Below, piece by piece: positions 25,739-35,790 of a stretch of DNA of 64,000 nucleotides. The DNA is from Lepidodermella squamata. Taxonomy: Eukaryota > Animalia > Gastrotricha. Every line of letters starts with the position of its first letter. Position 1 is the stretch's first letter. The stretch is taken from the NCBI GenBank assembly GCA_047495785.1, contig JBLDXI010000014.1:652653-716652 (forward strand). The letters are read 5' to 3'. The notes under the pieces were generated by a model. The model worked only from the letters and a program-made list of their open reading frames with translations. It was not told the origin of the DNA and made no database searches. The position numbers and the translations under genes were made by a program.

Positions 25739-28700
25739 CAAATTTGAGCAATCTTTTCCAAATTTTGGTCGCCTGAAGTTGAGTGTGATTCGGCAATCAT
25801 AGCCATTAAACGAAAAGCTTCGACCCGCCCTAAAAAGTAGGCATGATGTTTTAATCCCGCGAAGATTAAATAGGGAAAACCTCCAGTTACCTCCAAAGAA
25901 AAACGAACGGCTCTCCATTACATTAGCTATTGTGAGATTATCATAAATCTCCTGTGCTCTCGGGTGTTGTTTGAAACTAGCTCTAATTTCATGCTCCCAA
26001 AAGCTTTGAAGAATGTAACCATTCGAGCGAAACAACTCTTCACGTTCCAAGGTTTGCTTGTAAACTACGCCGTTTGGTTGTCCAGATAGAAAATTTAGTT
26101 GTGAGGCCTCAAAGCATTGCAAGCAGCCATGGACAGCACAACCATGAACCTCGACAATCAGATCGGGTTCACTCGGAATTTTATCACGACGTGCAACAAA
26201 ACCGTCGACGCGATAAGGATAACGGTGGCCAGGTATAGATATTCGAACTTCTTGACGTGAGTTCTGAGCGTGTTTCATTGAACCATAAGTTTCAGGGTCA
26301 GACTCCATCAGAAATTGAAGAAAAGCTATCGAGAGCCTGCTGTGTGAATCCTTGCCACAGTAGCCAGCGGTCGGGATGACAGGTAATGTATCCTTCGTAA
26401 GAAACAGCTTGCGGAAGCATGTGCTTGTGAGAGAAGCTAGTGTGATGCATTCTTTAAAGGCATCAGTAGAACACAACTCCAGCATTAGCGCCCGAAATTT
26501 GATTGACGCCTTTTCCAAAACTAGACAATCCTGTATGCAGTATTGCAGTAACGTGTGGCGAACACTGAACCGTTTCAGTTTGTTTTCGTTGTAGAAAGTT
26601 AGAAATTCTGCTCTTTCAGAAGGAGACATTTTGTCAGGCTCATAGTAGATCATATTAGGCAGCTGTGGGAATTCGAGATTGAAACTCGAAGGATTACAGC
26701 GAATTCAATCACAATAGCTCAAGAAGTTGATGATGTACTTACTTTTCTTTAGTGCATAAGACGTAAGGAAAGAAGGTTTTCTTGTCTGGGATTCCCATTG
26801 TTGCTGGTAAATCCCTGTTGTTGAACAAATACCTGTAAGCAATGTAGTTTCTTAGTGTTTCTTAGGTAACCTACCTTAATCTGCATTGAAAAAAGAGATA
26901 TGAATCCAAAAATCTGATTTTTTGTTGTTTGAAATCAATGCATAGTAGAGATCCCTGCCTTTGAAGAATCTTCACTTTAGAACATCGTGTTTGAATTTCT
27001 TTCAGTAATAATAAGGAATCGAAATTGGCTGAGTTGTGAGCCAAATAAATCGACTGGTAATTCATAGGTAGAAGCACCCAGTTTACGAAATCCTCCAGAG
27101 GACGACTTCCATAAAAAATATGAAGTCCACAACTAGAATGGCATCGCTGAATCCTCGCTTCGATGCAGTGAGGTATGCATACGACCTTTGCAACGATAAG
27201 GCATACTTGGAACTCATTGTTGTTATCAGCAAGTGATGGCGAAAATGTCTCAGTGTCCCAAAAAACTAGGTTACGATAACGTTCCAGTTTATTCGCCGGT
27301 TTCAAGGGCTAAAAATACACCAACCACAGTATTTTGAAAAAAGCTGGACTGAAAAAAATGAGTATACCAAGGGAGTCATGAAGCAGAAGTGTGTGCCATT
27401 TTCTTCGTCGCTGGCTTTCAAAGGCTCCTGACAAATGTGACAGCGCCGCCCGGGACACATAGCCTCATGCTTGAGAAAATGTACAAATTTCCTCCCGCAT
27501 TTAAAGCATGGATTCTTTTTAGCACATTTGTGGTTTTGCTTACAACGTTCGCTATACAAAACTAAAAACATAAAAAGAGCTGAATAATAATGAAAAGGTT
27601 AAAAACATCAGACCTGCACGACATTGCGGACACCGCGTGTAGTTTTGTTGGTCTGTGTTGGAAATCACACGGCAAATGCTCCCTGATACACCTAAAATAA
27701 TATTAATGATAAAAGAAGTGAAATTCAGGTTTTTCATGTAAAAATTACGGCAGGAAGAGCATGCCAACTTGCATCTGTGCACAGCCGTACTCGTTTTCGT
27801 CTGAAAGCAAGTGGGGCATATTCGTTGTGCATTGCTAAGAGTGGCCTTCATAAAGTTGAGATTCGCAATGACATGAAAATGATGACTGTTGGGCTGAGAG
27901 ACGTCGTTGCGATAAACCAGTAGAACAACAGGAAGCAACCCAAGGCTTACGCGATGATCAAATTCTGGGATTTCCCTAATAACATCCTGTGATTCGTACG
28001 AGTATACTACGAATCTGTAAGTATTATGTTCAGGATCGATAGCCGAACACAGGGCTGAGTAATGATCATCTAGATTGTAGGCTGGAAGGTTGAGAGGTAA
28101 GCCCGCTTTCTGATATAGCGCCGTGGCTTCGCGAAATTGACGATTGGTTCGCGTACTACGTATCGATTTGAAGGTTGCTTGAAGAGATGGATCCGTAGGA
28201 TTCGCCTTCATGTGAGCCAAAGCCACTCCAGTGATGAGAGCTCTGCCCATGCAAAGATTGTTCGTTTCATTCTTGCGCGCTCCGATTCTAACGATCGATT
28301 TGGAGCGAAGAAAAAATTTGTCCAAAGTTTCGTTTATAGCCCGCTCTGCCCGAGAACCACCAACAATTTGACCTAGATCTGCATTGGGGTTATCAATGAC
28401 ACAGAGACGAATTGTCCACCGACCAGCAAATGAGAGTTCTTCATTACTCTGTAATATTTTTCTCAGTTGATCAAAAATTGAAATTTCCAGCAACCGATCG
28501 CGTTTCATGAAGGGTAGGCTAAGAGGCATCTTCAAGTCGGGGTGGTACAGTGTTAGCCGGCAGAAGGAATTCACAGGTAAATCACGATGGATATTTACAA
28601 CAATATCGAACAGGAAGTTGGCCAGAATATTGAAGCGGGTCTCCAAATCAATATTAGCCACCTGGTCGGCTGGTACGTTCTGCACAAATGATCGAATATT

Positions 28701-28907
28701 ATCCAGTCGAGGTTCATCAGCGCCACCAGACAATTGAATCATCGGCCCAAGCGAACTAGAAGATTGGCCATATCTGTTGATGTAGGTTGAGGCAAAGTCG
28801 GATGTTACGGGCTGAATGAAGTACTCCACAGAAAACATTTTGAATTTTGTAGAATGAATCAGGCGATTACTTCGAATAAATGAGTATTGTAAACTATAGT
28901 TATCCAT
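25739..28907 (-). pseudogene. Protein-primed family B DNA polymerase (pPolB), right-arm copy; open after splicing but truncated before motif A
   Basis: N-terminal NNLCMGRALI, Cys/His clusters, ExoI FWDTET, ExoII LAHNSANFD, FLDSY, K.FFPY, ExoIII YCIQDCLVL and TLAS. Then an endonuclease-like insert (RVDGF..EVHGCAVHGC..C..WEHE) and FFGG/RVE across intron 25830-25890. No DxxSLYP or YxDTDS motif. Confidence 0.9.
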
Positions 28908-29024
28908 AACAATCTAAGATTAAAAATTTAAAATTGATCGAATTTGGGAAGAGGTAAAACTTTATTACAAGGATAGATTGAAATAAATATTCAGTAAGTC
29001 ATTTTAGTCAAGTTTTGTGTTAGC

Positions 29025-29546
29025 TTATTCATTGGCTGTTTCAATCATCGCTGCAACAGTTAACACCCCAGTTGCAAGGTCTTGAAACTGAGCTGCATCA
29101 AGAGAGACTCCTTGTCTTGAGGGTTGTTTATTTCCTAAAAAGTTAAATCATAAAAAGATTGCTATTACTGTAAATTTGAAGTAAATACCTTTAGCATCCA
29201 GATAAAACCTGCGTATATCTATAAGAATCGGTGAAAATGATGGCACAAAGACACAGACTTCAATTTTGCATTCATGCATCGAAAATTTAAAGCCTGTGTT
29301 GTGAGATAGCAGGGCAAGTTGAGCCTGAGCAACCCAAGCATCATTCGGCGGTCGAAAATAAGGAACGAACTGGCTAAGAAATTCGTCTTGTCTAAAGGCG
29401 AGTTTTTTAGGCTTATCGTTCTTATCTTTGCGATCAGTCATTATGTAGATGAGATTAGAATCCTGAGGATGCTGTTGAATGACCAAGTTACTAGACATGT
29501 GATGATTGACTGTCTGGTTAGCAGATTCTACTATCGCCTCAGCCAT
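29025..29546 (-). CDS. PC4/Sub1-like ssDNA-binding domain protein (right-arm copy, intact), 1 intron
   Basis: Removing intron 29135-29188 gives LIDIRRFYLDAKGNKQPSRQGVSLDAAQFQDL, matching the PC4 core IDIR.....G...P.RKGISL...Q...L. Confidence 0.8.
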
Positions 29547-29588
29547 GATTATTGAAAATTAAATCTAATGAAATAAGAATGTAAAACT

Positions 29589-29951
29589 TTAAGGGATGGG
29601 TTCTTTATATTGGCATAACTTTTCATGCCCAAAAATGAGGTCATAAGTTAGAGTAATGGGACAGCCTTTATCAGAATATTGGCATTTGTAAATCAAATTC
29701 GAGATAATGTTCGATAAAATTACAGGGGGTTTAACGAAATCTTTCCCTGTTAATGATTCGCGGCAAAGTGGACAGCAACATACTGTTCGAGCTGAATTTT
29801 GAAAAATAGCGAGAACACATTTAGTACAAAATAAATGGCCACAGGGGCGCGTTTGAATAGGATTAAGTAGGATAGATAAACAAATTGGACATTGCAAAGA
29901 TTCAGCGTCTAAAATCTGGCTGTTCGAGAGCACAAGTCTTGTTGGATCCAT
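29589..29951 (-). CDS. C3HC4 RING finger plus TRAF-like zinc finger protein (right-arm copy)
   Basis: Translation identical to the left-arm copy. Confidence 0.85.
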   Translation of the reverse strand: MDPTRLVLSNSQILDAESLQCPICLSILLNPIQTRPCGHLFCTKCVLAIFQNSARTVCCCPLCRESLTGKDFVKPPVILSNIISNLIYKCQYSDKGCPITLTYDLIFGHEKLCQYKEPIP

Positions 29952-29961
29952 CAATGAGGAT

Positions 29962-30726
29962 TCAAGTCTGAGAGATTACAGGCGTGATAAGAGAGGCAAC
30001 ATACTGAGAAGCTTGCTTTAGAACCTCAGAGGCATTCAAATTATCAGTGTCGATAACAAGCACGGGACATGGTAGGGATTTGTTTGTAGTCTCAACAGTA
30101 CACATTTTTTCATGAAACTCATGTACGAGGCGTAAATAATCCAGTGATAATAGCATTTCAGAACCCCGAGCTCTAGCTACGGCTCTTTGACAAGCTATTT
30201 GGGGAGAGGAGCGCAAGTAAATAATAGCTTCAGTTTTTACAAAATTCGGCTCGAAATTATCATACAAATTCATGAGAGCGTGATATTCGATAGAATTTAT
30301 GCGCTTGGATGCATACGCACATGGGATAAAGACGTTTTTAGAACAGAAGGGCGTTCGATCATGCAGAACGATAGTATGCGCCCCGTAGATTTCAGGTTTG
30401 TGGTTAGGGGCTGAATAAAGGCCGCACATATCACTCGTGGCTACAATTTGAAAGTTGAACGCATTTTTCATCTGATAGTAATCTTTCAAAATGTTAGTTT
30501 TATCGTCATCAGTAAAGGACTCCCAACGATGAACAGGCTCGCAAATTGGCCACGCGGTATATCCCTGAAGTTTACGGTTGAGTGAAGGTAGATTAGTGAG
30601 ACCCTCGATTAAGGTTGATTTCCCGCTAAAACAAGAGACTTTAAATAGAATTCTATTCGGTGGAGTATATGAGACTTACGCCCCAATGTTGCCGACTATG
30701 CCGAAATGGTAGACTTTAGGATGCAT
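29962..30726 (-). CDS. Deoxynucleoside kinase (right-arm copy), 1 intron
   Basis: Mirror of 21229-21993. Confidence 0.9.
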
Positions 30727-31160
30727 CCAGCTTGCTTCAAGAAATATGCTAAGTGTATTCTTGAAGCATCTCTCTTAAATAGTCTGAGTGATATTTCCAT
30801 AAAAGGAAAAAACAGGGAGATGTTTTGTTTGAATTGTTTAAGGTAATTACACCGTAAAGGGTAAAAAATCCTAATTGCTTTTTATTTTGATAAGTAAAAA
30901 ATCGCATTGTTTAATTAGGGAGGATGTATAAGATTTATTGACATGATGTTTTCTTATTGAATTACCGACAGCAATTAAGGAGGATGTATACAATACCAAG
31001 AATCTTTGATGAAAAGCATTAAAGCCAGCACTGAGGGGTCAACAGAGCTAAAGGCCCTAATGCATTTTTAAGGAAGATTGAATTACAAAAACAATATGCC
31101 TGAAAGGAGGTAGCCGCTCACATAAAAATCGAACCTCAGTAACAATATAAATTATAAAAT

Positions 31161-31664
31161 ATGAAGCTGAAGGTAGAGCTAACAAGTAACAAAGCTAAAG
31201 AACCGACAAAGCATACTAAAGGCTCTGTGGGTTGGGACATCTATTCAGCAGAAGAGACGACACTGCAACCTGGAACCAGGGGACTGATTCAAACTGATAT
31301 TAAAATCTGTTTACCACGAGGATATTATGGACAACTATTCAGTCGATCAGGAATGAGCATCAACCATGGAATCGATACGGTCGCTGGAGTAATAGGTAAG
31401 AAGCAAATAATAATGAAAATTACTAATGAATATCTGTATTTTTCATGAATTAAAGACGCCGACTACACCGGAAAAATCGTAGTCTGCCTTGCAAACAACA
31501 GCAAAACACCTTACAAGATTAAAATAGGCGACCGTATTACCCAGTTGGTGTGTTTAAAATATGGTCGCTTAGAATCTGCAGTAACGGTAACGGGGCCATT
31601 GAAAAACGCTCTAGCAGCAAATTCGACCCGTGGCGATAACGGATTCGGTTCATCTGGACGTTAA
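31161..31664 (+). CDS. dut: dUTPase (right-arm copy), 1 intron
   Basis: Intron 31396-31455 joins AGVI-D-ADYTGKI. The gene ends STRGDNGFGSSGR-stop, so all five dUTPase motifs are present. Confidence 0.92.
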
Positions 31665-32117
31665 CCCCTCCAATCAAGCCGCTACAAATCTCTGAACAAA
31701 TGAATAGAAAAACTGATAAGACTTATCCCAGCTATAAATTCATTGCTTGAAACGTTAAGACTAATAAAAAGTGTTTGTGTGAATGAAAAAGGGCTCTATT
31801 GCAGCTGCACTAAAGAAGCAGTGTAAAAATGATTAGTTTAGCTCATAACAGGTGAAAAAACGAAGATTTGTTTATTTTAGTTAGGTGAAATCATAGCAGT
31901 GGGTTAAAACGAAGGTATATTGACAAGAAGCGGCTATAGTACAAATCGCCGTACTGCTATTACTCATCCCCAAATTGCGTATATTTATACCAAACGGGTA
32001 TAGTAAAAATCGCCGTACTGCCATTACTGATCGCAAATTGCGTATATTTATACCAAACGGCTATAGTAAAAATCGCCGTACTGCTATTACTGATCCAAAG
32101 TTCCCATCCTTACTACT

Positions 32118-34672
32118 GCAACCGCCAGGTCATTGAATACATCAGGCAGACTGTTGCCCCATGCCAGAAACGTCAAACCAAGCAAACTTTCACTCAATCC
32201 TAAGGCGAGTCCGAAGAACTGAATCAGATTAACAACTTCGTTCGCGAACAAGTAAATCCACATTGCAGTTGTTATGAAACCAAGTACAGCAAATGCCTTG
32301 AGATAAATTCATAATAATAAAAAGTGAAATCGATAGGTATCAAACCATGTGGTATTTAGGCCGTTCGGTATTCTTAGAAGTGAAGAACACTACACCAGCA
32401 AGAAGAAGACCAACGTAGCCGAGGATAAATGTCACAGGGAACACCTCGCCTATAAGCAAATCGAGTTCTGGAACAGAGAAAAATCAACAGGTTTGCTTCA
32501 TTCTATAAGACATTTTTACCGTGTAAAGCGAACATGATGAATACTGGAGCTAGAACAAGATGTGCACAATTCAGGGGCCGGTTCCAGTTTTTCATGCGCT
32601 TCTCATCATCCACCACCGGAGTGCAGAGAAAGACGAGGAAAACAATAGGAGCCTTGATGATTTGCATAGCCTTCGAAAACTTGTTTTGAACCTTCCAATC
32701 TTCGTGCTGGATAGGGTCAAGCCCAGTCAAAATCCAACGCCAAATGGGCATTTCTTCGACAATTTCATTGCCGTCGCTCGACACTGATTCTTTTTCAGTA
32801 GCCGTATTTACAGTTTCATCTTGGGGTTCAGGAGTAACACTGACTTCTTGCAGCTCGTGGCTTTCCTGGGCAAGTGAAGGTTTCGGCGAGGCAGATCGGC
32901 GACTCGAGCGACGGCTCGATTCGCTGGTCTGACGCCGTCGTCTTTGCCGAACTTCGAATTCGGCAGAATCCGCCCCATCGTCTTCATCGGAGGAGGAGGA
33001 AGATTCTAGAACAGACCTGATCCAAGTTGCTTCCCCCGGCTGCTGCTGAACAGATGTGTTGCTAGATTTTCGCTTGATACTCTCACGAAGACGCCCGATC
33101 TGCAGCCTAGCGCCCTGTTCTATGTACATACGGGCAACCCTCGACAACCCAGCTAGTTCTTCGGGATTCTCCAAGATTTGCATGTTCCTTTCAAGTTCTT
33201 GTGCAGTTGGTAGTCCTTGCGAGTAGGTCCGCAAAATTGCAGCATTCCGTGAAGCTGCAGCTGCCCGTTCTTTTAAGTAGGTAACTGTTGTCACGTCTAG
33301 ACTGGTAGCTCGTCTCCCATCAACCCTATTGTCTGCAATGGACGGCCGAGGTAGATCAACCCAGGAAACCTTGGACCGTGGCTCATTTCCTTCCGAGCGT
33401 CTTGTCTCCTCTGTCTTTACTACCGTAGCTGGTTCCTCTGCTGTGAAGCTTTTCTCATCACTTGGCGTAGGCGGCTCGACGACGATTGAAACTTTAGTGT
33501 CTTGAGGTTGAATTTCAGGAGGTGGATGTTCGGTGGAAGCAGGCTTCTTCTTTAATTTCCGCTTATTTGACCAATCAATCAGCCAACCATTGACTTTAGG
33601 GCCGAGGATAACGCTAGCAAGGTAGACTGCGTATAAAACTAGAAAGACCAGAGCCTCAGGAATTTCGAAAATGCTATCCCAAACAACAGCGTAGGCTATA
33701 AATTGAAAGAGTGACAAATCCTACTTAATAGATTTTTTTAAATCATACCGCTGAAAACAGCGAGCATGTAGAATATCAATACGCGCAGCAGGGGCCGTTG
33801 CATCGTTCGAAAGGGTTTAACCATAATGATAAGGCCGGCAATGACGGTGGTTGTGAAAGCTCCTGAGCCGAGTAGGGTGCCATACAATACGGAAATATCG
33901 CCATCACGCAATGAGATCGCGGCTGCGATTGAGGTAAAAATGTCTGCAGCTCCATTGCCGAGAGGCAGCAAAGTTTCGCCCTATTAATATCGGTTCAGAG
34001 GCTGGTACAGTCGATATAACTAGCACTTACGGCGACATTTTCACTGTGATAGGATAATCAGAGATTAAAGATAACTCTGTAATGTAAAATGTATACCTGA
34101 GGTGTAAAGCGTTAGCGATGGCTGATAAATTTGGAATGAATCTAAAATTTGTTGGGATAATTTTTACCACGGCCTTTATCAATTGTTGAACTCACACTCG
34201 ATCCGAGGTGACAGTGATTGCTAAAAGCAGAAAGACAAACCAAATCGCCTATATAGCGCAGAGTAATTAGCGGATTTTATAGAATATCCAAGGGATTTGC
34301 TCACATTTAGGATGTACCCAATTGGCCTCAAAACAGGGCCTTGAAAGTTGCAATAGAGGTCTTCGATATAGTTTATATAGCCGCTCTCAATGCCACAGTT
34401 TGGATTGGTCTACAAGGAATGTCAATTTAATGCAGAACAAGATAAGAATTTAAGTTGAAGAAAACCTGGGCAAAGCAACATTGCTCCGCAGAATCTTCGA
34501 TTTTGTGAATATCTTGACAGCTTCTATCCTGAATAATTCAATCAAGAAGTTATTCAAATCCCTTCTGTTCACTCACGTCTTGAGCAAGAGTTGGTGAAAA
34601 CAAGAACGAAAGCGATAAAATTACTGTAATGGAAATAAAGCTATTTTTGCGCTGTTTACTCTTTAGGCGCAT
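32118..34672 (-). pseudogene. NCLX/CCX-type (SLC8B1-like) cation/Ca2+ exchanger, multi-exon, 3'-truncated by the element
   Basis: Alpha-1 repeat GETLLPLGNGAADIFTSIAA, LLGSGAFTTTVIAG and PVVD....NWNRPLN. Alpha-2 repeat LLGLTFLAWGNSLPDVFNDLAV runs directly into the TIR at 32117. Confidence 0.85.
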
Positions 34673-35790
34673 GATTTTCTCTAGGGAAATTTTGCTACAC
34701 TATGCCCAAAAAACTACGCATTCACGGTGGGCAGTTAGCATGGCCTGACTCCGCGACATATAGGCGTGTCTTATCGCTGTTTCCACTATTTTATACAACA
34801 TCCAGTACTATTTGCATTAGATAAAACTTCCGCGATACTCTTTATTTGCTAAACTCATTACTTGAGAGGCGTAAAACAGAGTTCTTGAGATGTCCTTGGC
34901 ACATCAGAGCTAGTGAGTAAACATTAATCTGTCTTCAGATCATCAGTTTCTCAGCAGATTGGATACAAAAGTGCAGTGATGAATTCTGGTAACAGAAAAT
35001 TCGAAAGTTTCACTGAATTGAGAAAGCTGGTCAATATGAAATGAAGGAAATGATATGATATGAAATGTATGATCGTTTTTGTGATTTATTTACCTCATTT
35101 TTCTTGTTTTTACTAAATTTTAGCTAATAATGCCGTTAAATTTATTTTGAAAGCTCGTTCCAGATACAGGCTCAACCCTGAGATTCAATCAAATAGTTCG
35201 TTTTAACCTTCCTGCTGGAGTTTTTCAGAGACAATTGCAGGACACGTGCCAGTTTTTGCAGGGAAATGTCGAACATGTTTGCGCATGAAATAACCTGTGC
35301 CCCATGTCGACAAACAAACAAACATCTTAATCCTCAAAGATAATAAAAAAACGCGACATGTCGCATTTTTATAATTGCACCCGGTTTCCACGTAAGGTTC
35401 ATTTCAGTTTACATCAGTAGGAAATGTATGGATAAAACGGCTCATGTCGAGGGCGTTCATCCACATGTATTCATGGGCTTTGAAGAGCAGGTACTTGCCC
35501 TTAAAGCCGACGCTTTTTTCGTTAAGCTTCCATCAAACTAAACGCGCACACGGAAAGAAGATTAGCTCATTAGCCTGACATGAGATGTGTTACAAATCAT
35601 TAAACACGGCAATAGCATCAAGAGACCATTTTTGCCTTCGGCTTAACAAATACTCATTCATTGATAGGTATGTGTATTGTTTTCACTAAATTGTCGCCTC
35701 GCCCGCGCACTCACATCACAATAGGCGGATTTAACGCCTTGTACACTGCAATACGTTACACAAAATTGTTGCGCTCATGACATTACTACA

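Larger units (their letters stand above)
19838..32117. mobile_element. Defective palindromic Polinton/Maverick derivative: left arm 19838-25738, spacer 25739-26213, right arm 26214-32117
   Basis: Termini 5'-AGTAGTAAGG...CCTTACTACT-3', mirrored ORF sets with identical translations, and a protein-primed PolB. No integrase, ATPase, protease or capsid gene is visible, and there is no TSD. Confidence 0.9.

Noticed and set aside
25739-25802. C-terminal tail (KFEQSFPNFGRLKLSVIRQS) of ORF 25299-25802 as real pPolB sequence
   Set aside because: It is read-through into the antisense strand of the spacer after the fold-back.
19838-32117. Intact autonomous Polinton with very long TIRs
   Set aside because: The polymerase lacks catalytic motifs, there is no integrase or capsid gene, and the spacer is only a continuation of one arm.
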